A program made the translations under genes and the position numbers. The notes under the pieces were generated by a model. The model searched no databases, had not been told where the DNA came from, and saw only the letters and a list, made by a program, of their open reading frames with translations. From Macrostomum hystrix (Eukaryota > Animalia > Platyhelminthes): DNA of 64,000 bases. Of this stretch, positions 1-14,339 are shown piece by piece; position 1 is the stretch's first letter, and the number at the start of each line of letters is the position of its first letter. The DNA lies in NCBI GenBank assembly GCA_950097015.1, contig CATNEN010000025.1:8556001-8620000 (forward strand), given 5' to 3'.

Positions 1-2
1 AG

Positions 3-182
3 CACTTTGAAGTCAGGGCGAACAGCGAACTGGTAACTAATGTACCCAGTGCAGATCACGGCAGCAGTCGTCAGAGCACCAACAAGTGGGATACTGTCCA
101 CGGAGAATACGAGCCGCTTAAGCAGTTGCGAAAAAGTCCTTATCTCCGCTGTCTGCGACTTCATTTCGCAAGAATTAGGTAG
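3..182 (+). CDS. Possible 3' fragment of a coding exon entering from outside the window
   Basis: Only frame 3 is open from the window edge (HFEVRANSELV...LHFARIR*), moderately GC-rich, followed by AT-rich sequence; no recognisable motif. Confidence 0.2.
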   Translation, partial: HFEVRANSELVTNVPSADHGSSRQSTNKWDTVHGEYEPLKQLRKSPYLRCLRLHFARIR

Positions 183-1633
183 TTTCTGCTGAAACAATAC
201 ACAGTGATGTAGTTGATTATGAAGTACTATTATGGTTATGATATTTGATAAAAAATAATAATATGCAGCTCAAAAAAGAAAGAAATCCACTTAACTTTTT
301 AAAACAAAATCTTTATGTTTTGCTCGTAAGAAATATAAAACTGATGTAATTATATTTTGCAAAGCTAACTATTGCTGCTAAAGTATTGTTTTAATTGCAT
401 GTATTTTTTACTTTTGGATTGCAACTTTGTCTATTAGAGTCAGCATAATTTTGAATAGTTGGTTTTCTTCATTTTTAAGTAATTGAAAAAAAGACCCGAT
501 TGCGCTCACAAAATCCCACATTCACGGGAATAAAATGGTCAAATGCATTTAATTTGGGATTCACAGAGCTTTGGTGCTTTCTTAAATTTTCGACATTTCT
601 GCATTAAAAAATCTGGTGGGTTCAAACCTGTATTGAAACCTGTAAGTATTGTAATAGTTAAGCAATGTGTTTTCAATAGCAACGTCATAGTAACAAATAA
701 TAGTACTCACAGAGGGATGAGCACTGACGAATCTATAACGACAGTTGTCTCGCAGCCAACTATGAAGAATCATGCTCATTTCCCCTGAACATACGCACAT
801 ACACAGGAGGCACGCCGTCTATGTATACATCAACTGGCATCACCTTTTCACAACACAGTGTGCGGCTTTAAAACTAGCTTTCTTTGGTGTTTGCGTTTTG
901 GTATTCATACTAGATAAAGTTTCAATATTCTAAAAGCAGCTTATTAATTACAAGCATTCAGCATAATCGATACAGAAGAAAGAAACCCCACTAGGTACTC
1001 CACAAGAAAGCTACGAAATCTGTGAAAAAAGTATGTCACTATTAGGTGGGTTATATAAAACTCAAAAGGTATTTTGCACGGTGCGATGCCACTTTTGTCA
1101 CGTGTTGCCAGGGCTACTATGTGTACTGTTACACGCAACCAAAAACAGTTACGCAACTCCTTTCGTATACAGGTGTTTTGGTACAGATTGTACAATGTTA
1201 CTCTTGTATTTGCAATTTTGACGCATCAATTCAATGTGCGGTATAGATAGTAAATGTGCTAGTGTGCTAGTGTTCAATGTGCTAGTAAAATAAAATATAA
1301 TAAATGATGTAGTAAATAGTACTATACGCAGAATATATACGAGCTATTACGAGATATCAGCGCGCTAAGCTAATCAAAGTACTTGCACACCCAATAAATC
1401 AAGGTGTGGGTTGCAAAAGGTAATGTAAATGTATTGTAATACAAATGGCAGTGCATATGTAAACCACTTATAATGAAATAATGCTACATGTACAATATAT
1501 AGTAGCAATAAATTACAGTTTATTTTTTCGATTTAGATCAGAAAGATTCACCAGAGATTTTTCTGATGCAAGGCTACTTCACATACACCTGCATTCATAT
1601 ATTGTCAAGGTTAACTGCCGCCTGCGATGCTAC

Positions 1634-2116
<483 letters not shown>

Positions 2117-2169
2117 TCAGGGAGTGCAGGAGTCAGGCAGATGTGGAAAGCCCGCGACTTAGCCGCTCT

Positions 2170-2177
2170 CTTATATA
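2170..2177 (-). promoter_or_regulatory. Candidate TATA box of the E2 gene
   Basis: TATATAAG on the minus strand ~90 nt upstream of the ATG at 2080. Confidence 0.3.
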
Positions 2178-2769
2178 GACTAGAAAATTGGTTTGCTTTG
2201 GACGGGCTGAGCGGGCAAAATTGCGCTTGTCCAACCTCTGGCATTGAAGTACAATTGCTGTACACAAAGTCCTATCTACGCCTCCTATTCGCGTACGATC
2301 TAGAAAATTCTGTTTTCAATGCTAAAAATAGATTTGTACACAGTGAGTCACACGCGGAGAGAGATTGTAAAAGTAATGGTTGGCAAACTAGGTACCAAAG
2401 TTAAACTGGTTGCTTTATAATAGTTACCGAGTATATAGCTGCTATAACATATAGGAAACTGCCTTTTTTCCTTCACATAAGAGCGAATTAGAAAGAAGCA
2501 GAAAAATTATAAAGTACCTTGTTTGTGGATACTTCCCTTATTTTGTCAGGCGGATGACAGGCGGAATCAGAAAAATATGTTATTTACAAAAAGTTTTTTG
2601 GGAGGCTTATACGAGCGTATTAGACAGCGCCTTGCAGCTACAGTTTTGTAGGGTATTTAAACATGTTCTGTTCAGGGATTCTACAAAAATAGCTAACTGA
2701 TGAAGCACAGTCAAGCAGGGAGTCAATTGATGATACAGATTGTGACAATCGGCGATCCATGACTATAAT

Positions 2770-3131
2770 AATAATAATTGCAGGAGGGCTGTGGGCAGTG
2801 TGGGCATTATTTGGTGACACTAGACCCGCAGCCAGGAAGGAGGCAATTCTGCCCATTCCACTGACTCCTGAGCACACACGCACACAGATACCGTACGCAG
2901 GCACACGTCCACACAGGTGTGTACATCTGCCCTGACTTTCTCATCATAAGGCAGTGTACACTTTCACTGTGCCTTGGAGGTTGGTCCTCAAGGGCGTAAA
3001 TTGCACGACAAGCCCCCAAGCCTTCTCTTCACGGCTGCGCCCCAAAAAAATTCTGCCTTGCCGCGGAATCGAGCTCAGGTACCTTGGTGCGAGAGGCAAA
3101 CGCTTCAGACCGCTCTGCCACCAACCCCCTA
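2770..3131 (-). mobile_element. Full-length tRNA-headed SINE (family A) with (TTA)n tail and 17-bp TSD
   Basis: Minus strand begins GGGGTTGGTGGCAGAGCGG (A-box-like)...CTCGCAC...GAGCTCGATTCC (B-box-like); ends in (TTA)n; flanked by CGATCCATGACTATAAT (2753-2769) and CGATCTATGACTATAAT (3132-3148); body recurs at 4801-4880 and 15630-15800. Confidence 0.8.
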
Positions 3132-3961
3132 CGATCTATGACTATAATGTTCTAACAAAGTACAAGTAAACGCGCAGAAGGCGGCGAATAACAAGAACAG
3201 ATAAAACAAAGGATATTAAGGGGTGCAAAATAGAAGCCATATATTATACCACCAAAATTCCTATGTAAATTGTCGTCTAAACAAAAAACGAAAGTAATAA
3301 AAAATTGGACGATTGTCAGATAAACATCGCGCAGTAATTTTGGGTTCAAAAATAAGCAGTGATATATTAATAGTATAGTTATTAGGAATCCAGCAGAGGA
3401 TAAATTGGCATATCGAAGCTAAGCAAGACAAATACCAAAAATAATAATAGAAATGACGTCACGCGAGGACACGAAATGCTAACATTTACTAGCTTGAACT
3501 ATTTTACAACATTCGATTACTTTCTGCAGCATTCTACTATAAGTAGGACAATAAAAATGCGACTATAAACAGGCCAGCAAATAGGCAATGTTTTACAACT
3601 AAGAATACAAATATCGCAAGCTACAATAATCTCGAGACTGGCATTTTATAAACCTCCCAGATCCTAAACCTCTAGACTCTCAGATCCCTAGTTCAAAAGA
3701 GGTTCCAAGGTCCCAAGAGATGACTTGAGTTAGGAAGACCAGGAGGGATGAAACGGCCAAATTATTCTTTTTTTGTATCTCCCAAAATATGCAACCAATG
3801 GCCATGAAAGTCCCGAACACTGGCTCAAATTTTTCGCTTTATCCGATGAAACAACTTTCAGAATCGCTAAAATTCGGCATCGTCGACATATTTAGCAATT
3901 CTCATCGGAGTGTCAAAAACCACAAACTTGTGCATAATTTTTCTGACTGTCGATTCTACTG

Positions 3962-6900
3962 TCAAGTGAACTGGGCGAACCTCTCGCTGCACAGGGCGGC
4001 GCCGTGGTCGCGATAGTCGCGCCGGGACACCGAGTAGCAGGCCAGCGCGCCGTCCGGCGACAGGGCGAGATCGCGCGCTCCCAGCCACGCCTGCGCCGCC
4101 GGGTCGCCATGACAACGAATGTTAAGCGGAAAATCGTCCGGCAAATTCGGCCGCAATTCGCGTTCCAGACGATCGGCGAAGCCGGCAAACCGACAACTTC
4201 CGCCGGCCAGCACCACCGAGTCGGTGTAGAGCGGCTGCTCGTGGGCGGGCAGGCCAGCCAGCGAGTCGCAAAGGGCCTCGGCGACGCCCATCTCGGGAAT
4301 GCCGGCATCGGATGGCCGGAACAGCAGCTCGGGTGTGGCCACGCGCTCGATTCCCAGCCTGAGACTCTGTTCCTGTCGATGGATGGAGGTTCGGGAAAGT
4401 CAATGAAATGCCAGTTAGCTAAATCACGAAAGGCAAGAAATGGTTTCACATGAAGGGTAAGGACCTGAGAAGGTTTGGGATCTGGGATTGGTTGGGGATT
4501 TGGGATTGGTTGAGGATTTGGGATGGTTTGGGAATCTGGGATCATTGAGGATTTGGGATGGATTGGGGATCTGTGATGGGTTGGGGATTTGGGATGGTTT
4601 GAGGCTCTAGGATCGTTTGGGGATCTGGGATCATTGAGGATTAGGGATGGATTGGGGATCTGTGATGGGTTGGAGATCTGGGATGGGTTAAGGATCTAGG
4701 ATGGTTTGGGGATCTGGGATGGTTTGGGGATCCGGGATGGTTAAAGGGATCTGGGATAGTTTGTGGACGCTTTTTCGGATATTTTGCTCTGCCTGACGAC
4801 GAGAAAGTCGGGGCAGATGCACACACCCTGTGTATGAGTACCTGCTTTGGGTCTGTGTGCGTGTGTACTCAGGAGCCAGCGAGTCAAATAAATTCAGAAT
4901 GCATAAAACCAAAGCCGCAGACCTGCTGCTGCTGTTGCTTCTGTTGCGGCGCCGACTGTCGCACGAAGCCCCGCCGGTGCTGCGCATAGTCCGGCAGGAC
5001 ATATTCGCAGCGCAGCCGCCGGCACCTCTCAACCGCATCGTCGGTTAGCGTCGATTGCTGGGCCGCGCGCGACATTGCCAACAGATCGGCGTCGAAATTG
5101 TCGGACACGAAGCAGGCGTCCTCCTTGCATTGATTCATCACGTGAGTCTCGTCCATCACCATCAGCTGGCGATAGGAGATGGCCTCCTTCAGGTAGTTAG
5201 TTAGCACCTAGAAATTGATTATAACAATACGATGCAGTGTTCAAAGAATAAAAAAACACGCAGAAAAAAAGTAATCCCAAGGAGACAGAGTCATCACAAA
5301 ATTTAATAAATAAACCGGAAACAATCCAAATTTAAACAGACCATTAATCACAGCTAAACACAAATCCCAAACAGATCATTAATCACAGCTAAACCCAAAT
5401 ACCAAACAGACCATTAATCATGGTTAAACCCTAATCCCAAACAGATCATTAATCACAGGTAAACCCAAATCCCAAACAGACCATTAATCATGGTTAAACC
5501 CTAATCCCAAACAGATCATTAATCACAGGTAAACCCAAATCCCAAACAGACCATTAATCATGGTTAAACCCAAATACCAAACAGACCATTAATCATGGTT
5601 AAACCCGAATCCCAAACAGACCATTAATCATGGTTAAACCCTAATCCCAAACAGACCATTAATCATGGTTAAACCCAAATACCAAACAGACCATTAATCA
5701 TGGTTAAACCCAAATACCAAACAGACCATTAATCATGGTTAAACCCAAATACCAAACAGACCATTAATCATGGTTAAACCCAAATACCAAACAGACCATT
5801 AATCATGGTTAAACCCAAATACCAAACAGACCATTAATCATGGTTAAACCCGAATCCCAAACAGACCATTAATCATGGTTAAACCCTAATCCCAAACAGA
5901 CCATTAATCATGGTTAAACCCAAATACGAAACAGACCATTAATCATGGTTAAACCCAAATACCAAACAGACCATTAATCATGGTTAAACCCGAATCCCAA
6001 ACAGACCATTAATCATGGTTAAACCCTAATCCCAAACAGACCATTAATCATGGTTAAACCCTAATCCCAAACAGACCATTAATCATGGTTAAACCCAAAT
6101 ACCAAACAGACCATTAATCACAGGTAAACCCAAATACCAAACAGACCATTAATCATGGTTAAACCCAAATACCAAACAGATCATTAATCACAGCTAAACC
6201 CAAATACCAAACAGACCATTAATCATGGTTAAACCCTAATCCCAAACAGATCCAAAACCCTTTGTTAAGCCTAAATCCCAAAAAGACCATTAATCACAGT
6301 TGCACTTAACTCCCAGACAGGTCCTCAATCCATATAAAAGTCATATCCCAAACGGATCATAAGACCCTATAAAAGCCAAATCTAACGTTTTGGCGATATT
6401 GAACTCAGATAAAAATAACAGATCCTAATCCCTGTCGAAAACAAATCCAAAACAGGCTATTAATCTCAAAAGTCAAGCAAAAATCACTTTTAGACGTATG
6501 AGAACAGAAAATGATAAATGACAGTCCAAGCCTTAAAACAACAAAATACTAACAAGAATCCGATCCGTAATAAACGCTAACCTTGCCGCCCACGTTGATC
6601 CGGCGCACACTGCCTGGCACAAGGCGGCCGCGCAGATAGGCCGCCGCGTGGCTGAAGGAATAGCCGCAGTCCAGCACCAGGCAGGCCTGGTCGGCCGGGG
6701 CCACGCCGCGCTGTCGCTGGTCGCGTTGGGCAACAAGAAATGCGGCCGGCAGTCGCGCCACGGATTTGAAGCCGTACTCTTCAAATAGAACCTCGTCGAG
6801 AGCTTCGGCCACCGGGGCAAAGCTGATGACTGGCTCCGTGACGATCAACTGCAGTTTAATGGAATGGTTGTAGATTGTCTCAAATGTGGCTCATAATCTG

Positions 6901-7901
6901 GAATCACGCGAAATAATAAGAAAATACGGAAAATGACGTTTACCATGGAAAATGTAGTAAACCCGGAAAAATTGTTAAAACAAGAAAAAATACGCCTTTA
7001 ACCACGAAAAATAAACAATTTGTGCTGTCCTCGGGGGAGCACAAGCAGAATTTCGGAATCTACTTAATTCCCCAATTATTAGCTCAAGATATTACTTAGT
7101 TTACTTGATAACGAAAAATGATAACGAATAGACGGGGGAACAAGTGCTGCAGACCATAGACGTAACTTACGATAATACATTGAAGAAACCATAGATCATC
7201 TAGTCAATGGTCTGATAAACAATCTTTTGAAACAGCTAGTGACGTGGAAAAACTTGACTGTAAAACTACTGTATCACGCACCTCGATTACTTAAAAATAA
7301 ACCACTAGACTGACTCACCCTATCATAACTGCATTCAAAAGATTTAGAGTCAGCTGTTAGGCTTTCTTTTGCCATGCTATAACTGGCAATGTGTTAGAAC
7401 AATGCTTGGAAGACACCAAGCATTGCACTGTTTTCAGTGTCTTCCCAACATTTAAAAAATAATTTTAACTGTAACATAATTCTCTGTTTACCTATTAGTA
7501 TTTAAGAAAAAACATAAATATTGACATAACTACAAAGCAAAGTTTATATAAAATTATTTTTTTCAAGTCTTGATTTTAGGCTGCCATTAATTAATCAGCA
7601 ATTTTATTACCTGCCAGTCAGACAATGGCCTAGCATCAGCATAGGGCTTTAAACAGTGATCCAGCACCTGCTTTTGCAGCTCCCAATTCAATAGGTAGCC
7701 CTTCTGAAATGGCAACTGATAATATAGTCCCGATAGGTCCTTGCAATCGTCCAATTCGTTGCCAACAAATATGCGAGTTTTCACATGCTTGGCCTTAGTG
7801 ACAGAGTTGATCACATGGTGTGGCTTAGATTCATTGGCAGAACCTATCTTAATGTAGCCAGCACCCAAGTCAATGATCAGAGTATCCTTGCCTGCTGACA
7901 T
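3962..7901 (-). CDS. ACTR6: Actin-related protein 6 (SWR1/SRCAP subunit), 4 exons, ~417 aa
   Basis: Exons 7611-7901, 6582-6848, 4923-5207, 3962-4372, all phase 0 with GT-AG. Motifs IIDLGAGYIKIG, PFQKGYLLNWELQ, LIVTEP, EVLFEEYGF, LVLDCGYSFSH, RINVGGKVLTNYLKE.ISYRQL.VMDETHVMNQ.KED.CFVS, YVLPD, PELLF.PSD.G typical of ARP6. Confidence 0.92.
4466..4760. repeat. Degenerate GGGAT/GGATT-rich short-unit tandem repeat in ARP6 intron 3
   Basis: Reiterated gggatctgggat/tttgggat/gaggat motifs. Confidence 0.8.
4801..4880 (+). mobile_element. Fragment of SINE family A body
   Basis: gagaaagtcggggcagatgcacac...tctgtgtgcgtgtgtactcaggag aligns by eye with the reverse complement of ~2865-2945. Confidence 0.65.
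5330..6260. repeat. 35-bp minisatellite (~26 units) in ARP6 intron 2
   Basis: Unit AAACAGACCATTAATCATGGTTAAACCCAAATACC with few variants. Confidence 0.95.
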
Positions 7902-10338
7902 GGATGTAGCTGCAAATAATGGCAAAATTTTTCATAACAGAATATATTTAATATTCTTCAGTAGTTGGAATATGTCACATAGGCTAAGGGTGTACCATTG
8001 TTTCATTTCTGCAGTCTTTATCAGACACATTATTTGAAGGCTCTAAATAGTCACTTAAAACTCAAGACAGTGCTACACATGTACAAACTTGGGTAGCTAG
8101 AAATAGGGATAGAAAATTGTTGCTATTCATAGTAATCATCTATTTATCTTGACTATGGCCCAGTGAATCGTTTAACAAAATCTCTACCTAGTCTGTCTTA
8201 TGATAAACTGCTCTTAAATTTTGCTTAAATAAAAAATTCTAATTCTAAACAACAGTAATTTTTTACTCTTATTGTTAAACTTCACATTTGAGCATGTTAC
8301 AGGTCAATAGGCAATGTGAAGACTATATGTTAAACCAATTGTAATTAGCTACTATTAGCTTATTTGAGTTATATATAGGGTAATGTATCATCAACCGAAC
8401 AGTGTATCTTCAAAACCGAACAAGAATTTTGACTTCTTCCTTGGTCTTGTGCAAGACAGAAACAAGCTATTGTGTTTCACAGAACAACTAATTTGAAAGT
8501 TGAAGAAATTATCTACAAGCTGAGGCATGATGTGCAATGAAGCATTATGAGGAAAGAAAGATATTGATGTTTCAGTAGAAATTTTTATTGCAAAAGCATA
8601 CTTTTTAACAACAATTTTTCAGTATGTACTTTAGACGAAGATTGTATGTGGTTGCTTGCCAATTAAATGACCAAAAATGTAGTTATTTATAGAGCATGAA
8701 AAATGCTTTCAAATTACATAATTCATGATAGTTCACTACTTAAAATAAGATTCAACCACTCACTCAAATTGTAAAACCAAACATCAAATTCTCTGTTTGG
8801 TTTGAAGATACATGAAAATCATTGTTCGGTTTTAGATAAAAAGCAGGAATAACTTTTTTCTATTTGATAAAATAGCAAAAGCAGATACTTTTTAGAAAGA
8901 TGTAACTGTTTTCTATAACTTGGCTTTTGATTTATTATCATATCTTAAATAGAAAATCTGTAGCTTAGGTTTGAAGTTAAAAAAATACACATTCTTGTTT
9001 GGTTGATGATACATTACCCTAGCTATGTCTATATGGTCAACTGCCAATGTATCATAATATACCATAATTTTAGGAATGAGTACACTGTTTACAACAAAAT
9101 TTAAAGACATTGTAGGAGAATGAAAATATGTAGTTTTTATTTGTCCAGTTAACCGGACAAATAGCCATTTGATTATTCATCCCGTTAACCACCCAAGGAC
9201 TTAATTTCTCCCCTTTGAATGAGCAGGAGCAACGATCCTCCCAAAGACCACTCTTGCCCTGCCGAGAGCCATCTTGAGTCTTGACCTCACAAAGACCAAA
9301 CTATACCCTTGAGTTAAGTCCCTGAAACAACTGAATTTCTGGAAAAGGTTTTCATTTTTTAATTAGCTGATAAGCAAGAATAATTTGAGACACAAACTTT
9401 AAATCTGAATAACTGTCCTTTTGCAGCTTGTTAATTATTTTATCTTACAAATGATAGAGGTTCTCGTGGTAGTGCTACAACCCCTTATAATTTAGTTATT
9501 AGTTATAACTGAGTTAACTGGATGAATAACAACTGCCATGAAAATAATTGAGGCAGGCCCAATTTTGTTACAAATATAGCTAATTTAAATTGCTGCCAAA
9601 AAATATTTTGGCTTTTGTTTTGATTCTGTGTTCTGTCCTGCCCTCTGCGAGATTCTAGGTATAAATATTGCTGCCTACAGAGGTCAAAATTTAGACTCAA
9701 AGTTTGAGTTAATAAGCCACAATTGTAAAATAGAATTGTACTTATACATGCGCAACCTCCCAAATCTTAGCCAGCCGTGCGACTTAGTTTTTGCTCTATT
9801 TACGACTTAGTTTGCTCTCATTTGCGACTAAGTTCATTTCATTGCTCTATTTACGACTTAGTTTGCTCTCATTTGCTCTCTTTCTCTCCACTTTTTCCTT
9901 TTCTTCATGCCTTCCTTTTTTGTCCCTAGGTCCCCCCTTTGTTTTTTTTTGCTTGGTCAATTGGTTTTTGCGACTTACTTTGCTTGGCCCTTGTTTCACC
10001 CTGCCAGTTCGTATATGTTGCGCATGTATGATTGTACTAAATCAGACTGTAATTAAGTTGTGTGTTAAAGTATTTCTCCAAATTAAAATGTTGAAATGAC
10101 AAAGTCATATGCTATATGAAGATTGAGTAAGAAATAAGTATTAGTTATTGTATTGAATAATAGGGGTATATTACCAACTAAGAAGAAAGGAAATTCTAGA
10201 ACTAGGTCCTATCCATGAAAGGAGACTAAGAAATTTTAGTCCATTGGATGCCTGAAAGGATTGGATAAATTGCCAATAGTTAAAGAATTATAGGCCTAGT
10301 TAATGTGTATTGCCATTTGGACAGAGTCAAACAGATGC

Positions 10339-10750
10339 GGATCCTAGACACTTTGTCATCTAGTTGAAACGTAGGACACTTTGTCATCCAGCCAATTGGC
10401 ATGCTTAAAAGTTTGGTCAGTTTATCATCTACTAGTAACAAGCAATCAAGTTAGTCATCAATAAAGTGAGGGTGGGGTGGTGGGGCAGAGGTGTGAACAC
10501 ACTTCACACTCTAAATTGTCAAAAAGAGGTGTCAAAAATGATTTCATTATAAGAGTTGAAAATATAGGTGCCAACACGATGTGAGGAGGTGGGGAGGGGT
10601 GGTTCTGTTCTTTGCAAACTTTGCAAACTTTAGTTTTATAGATGACAAAGTGTCCACAAGTCTCAGTCTCTTTTTCATCCACCCTCTGAGACATTGGACA
10701 GATCGTCATCTGGATGACGAAGTTGTAAGATGATGAAGTGTCCAGGTACC
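10339..10750. mobile_element. 412-bp non-autonomous TIR element (MITE), Merlin-like
   Basis: Imperfect TIRs GGATCCTAGACACTTTGTCATC / revcomp end GGTACCTGGACACTTCATCATC; perfect 8-bp TSD ACAGATGC at 10331-10338 and 10751-10758; subterminal GACACTTTGTCATC repeats at both ends. Superfamily inferred from GG termini + 8-bp TSD. Confidence 0.75.
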
Positions 10751-13221
10751 ACAGATGCTACCAGGAGAAAACTAAAAGTTCAGTGATTTAGGCAAGGGGC
10801 ATAAATACATATAAACTATATTATTTGAATTTTGAACTTAGCTTTTTGTACATAAACAAAGAAATACATATAATAATATGAGGGGTGTCCAAAAAGTTTT
10901 AAGACTTTTTCACATAGGCCTAACTCTTTTTAACAGCTAGCAAGAGTAAAAACAACAAATTTATTTTAAAGCTGCTTTAGGCCTATTCACAAATGACACA
11001 GTTAAAAATTGAAAATATTACTAGCTGTTCAAAAGCTATGCCTCTTAAACAGCAGTGGGGTACTACATCTCAATAGGGCCTACATGAACAAGAACGTGGA
11101 GGCTGCATCTGGGAGCAACAGGAAACACAATGTCAGCTGTCTTTCAAAAAAAGTTCAAATGACCTATTTTCAAATGAAAATAACTTAATTAGCTAAAACA
11201 AGATCTAAAAAATAAGCTATTACCTACTAACAATAAACAATGGGTCCAATCGATAGGGCCCAGTGACTTCACTGAGGTCACTGACACTAGTGTGAGCATT
11301 GGAGCCATTGGAACGGATTCAGGGTAAGTTGCTTGCAGAGTTGCATTTGGAATTTGTCTAGGTAAGAACGGGTAACCAAAACATTAGCGAACTATATTGA
11401 ACAATTTTTACACGGCTTTTTTAGCATCCAAAGTGCATAGTGAAATGGCCCATGACCACCCACTAGAAGAAGCGATCTTGAAATTACCACGCGGTCAATG
11501 CTGACACACACGAGACAGCCTTGTGGGTAGTACAGTTAGGATGAGCTCAATAGCAACAAATTATATATAAACTTTTTATTAAAAAATAAACTAACAAACT
11601 AAAATAACAAAGAGCTTTTGCACATTTCAGAATCCTGTTGTTGTTTTACTCGAAGGCGCGAGTTTAAGTATGCGATAATAAATTCGGCTGCGCGCAAACA
11701 CGGGCAAATCACAAGCAAGCTGACTTAGACTTAAATGAAGTGGTGGCGCTTTTCAAAAGCTTTTAAAAGCAATTAAGCAAAGTATTATCTATTAGCAAAA
11801 GTTGTGTCAGTTGCAGAATCGAACCTTATAACTTGGGTTCTTAGTTCGGTTTTTACTGTAGCAAAAGATAGGCCGATAAACCAGTGAAGAACAAAATAGC
11901 TAATTCAGTGTTTTTGTATTTTCGTAAGGTCTATCAGGAACGAAGACTACAGTAGCTTCTATAGCTTCTTTGTACATAGCAGAAGTATTTACACTTTAAT
12001 ACTTTTTATTATATTTTATTTAAGTTGGTAATTATTGTCTAGTAACAAAGTTTGTTCAGACAAAATCATTTAAGAACCTCACTTTTCTAGAGTGCATAAA
12101 ACAAGGCCCTAGTGTGGTATCAAACATAAAATGAAAGGTAAGATTTTTTATCTCGAATTCTTATTTATTCCTTCATTTTTTAACCAAAAATTCCTACAGC
12201 ACTGCTCAAGAACTTATTTAGTGATAATTTATTTTATATTGTTATAGCATTTTTTACTTGAAGTATAGCTATTAGACCTATCATGTATTGGCTATCTTAA
12301 ACAAGCTAACCTGATTAAAGTTTTTAGTTTATTTATTTAGGCCCTATGCCTATTCATTGTCAAGTAAAGGCTCATTTAAAAATTTAGGCATGCACTATGC
12401 CTAATGGAGTTTGGACAGACATGATTTTTTTTTATTTTTGTAAATTTTTTTAAGGCTATGTAACATATGCAACTTTTGTCCGTGAGGAATTTATCAGATT
12501 AAAAACCACATTGTGATGTGTGAACATAACAACACAGTTTTTATGCAGGAAATATTGCATTGAACCAACTAGGCCTATATGTATTTTAATATCTATATAT
12601 ATAAAAGTGAAAACTCTGTGTGTCTGTGTGTGTGTGTGTGCAACCTTTTGTCTTTATAGACGCCGAAACCGCTCAACCAAATCGCACCAAACTTTGCACA
12701 TACCTAAAACCACCTACGCTGAGTGCAATAGGCTACTCAAATTCCCGAAAAATCATTTCCTTCCTGCTCAAAAAGGCAAAAAACTGCTCAAAAATCGTCA
12801 AAAAATCACTCAATTCAACATATCATCGCCCCACTTTGTCAGATTTTCTCCAAATTTGATCCACTTACACTTTACATGTTTTCCAACAATGCTGTCAATT
12901 TTGAACATCTCTACTCAATCCAGAGCAAAGCTGCATCATCTCAAAGTGAGTCACTTTTTGTTTTCCGAGGACAGCCACCCCAACTCCCCTCCGCCACTCT
13001 GCGGGCCAAATTTTATTACAGCCACCCTCTCCCTTCCCCGGGCGCCAAAGCCCCAGACTGTACATTGTATTTCAAGCCGTGAATGTACACAGCCCAAACC
13101 CCTAGACTGTCTACTGGCCCCCAAGCAGCACTGAGACTGAGTGCGGTGGCGTCCCAGTGCGCAGGGCTCTCCGGTCGATATTTCTCTCCAGCCAGCCTGG
13201 GATAGAAGAAAGAGAGAGGCT

Positions 13222-14187
13222 GGCGATCAACTGATGGGTGGTGTCACTCTGCTGCTGTCTGGAGACTTTAGACAGATGCTGCCTGTGATTCCACGTGGCA
13301 CTCCTGCTGATGAGATTAATGCTTGCCTAAAATCATCTCACCTGTGGCCATTGGTTGTGAAGTTGCACCTACGAACAAACATGAGAGCTACAATTCAAGG
13401 AGACGAAACAGCTCATGAGTTCTCTGCCAATCTATTGCGAATCAGCAATGGTCTGCTGGAGATTAGCACCGAGGATGGGCAGTCATCGATCGCTACAATC
13501 GGAAACATTGTGCAGTCAGTGTAGGAGCTCAAGGCAAAATTTTACCCGAACCTGATGGTTCGATATGCTGACGTTGACTGGCTATCAGAGAGGGCAATTC
13601 TGTGTCCTAGAAATGATGCCGCCAACGAAATTAACTACCAACTGCTTCAGGAGTTGCCAGGTGCAGTTTTCACCTACAAGTCAATTGATACAACGTTGAC
13701 TGATGACACCGCTGTGGAGTATCCTGTTGAGTTTCTGAACTCTCTAGATCCTCCTGGAACTCCATCGCACAACTTGCAGCTGAAAGTTAGGGCACCAATT
13801 ATGCTCCTCCGCAACCTGAATGCACCAAGGCTGTGTAACAGCACCAGACTGATAGTCAGGCGGCTCTTCCCACACGTGATTGAGGCCATAATGACTGGAT
13901 CTGGCAGAGGAGAGTCTGTGTTCGTTCCCCGGATTCCAATTATCCCCACGGACCTGCCATTTCAGTTCAAGCGACTGCAGTTCCCTGTGAGAGTGTGCTT
14001 TGCGATGACTATTAACAAGGCTCAGGGACAGTCGCTGATGGTGGCTGGCATCAACCTGGAGACTCCTTGCTTCTCGCATGGGCAGCTTTATGTCGCCTGC
14101 TCCCGTGTTGGAACTCCAGCTGGCCTATTCATTTTCGCACCAAGGGGAAGAACAAAGAATGTGGTGTATCCCCAGGCCTTGAGGTGA
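13222..14187 (+). pseudogene. Helitron RepHel C-terminal PIF1-like helicase fragment with one in-frame stop
   Basis: Motifs LMGGVTLLLSGDFRQMLPV, LRTNMR, RAILCPRN, P.H.LQLKV.APIMLLRNL, RLQFPVRVCFAMTINKAQGQSL, FSHGQLYVACSRV. ORFs 13141-13524 and 13555-14187 are the same frame, separated by TAG at 13522-13524; Rep domain and helicase motif I absent. Confidence 0.9.
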
Positions 14188-14339
14188 CTCGCAAGCAATT
14201 AATAGAAAAGTAGTCATGAATTGACCTTGACCTGTCTAACTCTGAACTCTGAAACAGTTTAATTTTGTTTCTTTGACATTGTTATTGTTATGCCATGGCT
14301 ATTTTCCTTATGTATACGTGTGTAGATGCATACTGTATA

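Noticed and set aside
4785-4820. Hammerhead-ribozyme-like CTGACGA...GAAA...TC in a SINE A fragment (and CTGATAAGAAA in the palindrome)
   Set aside because: No room for helices II and III and the core is not conserved in the full-length copy; resemblance is likely chance.
9790-9880. Short direct repeats TTGCTCTATTTACGACTTAGTTTGCTCTCATTTGC
   Set aside because: Only two copies with no termini or TSD; not assignable.
12520-13134. 204-aa ORF upstream of the helicase
   Set aside because: Runs across the Helitron 5' terminus and a (TG)n tract; no motif; non-coding element end.
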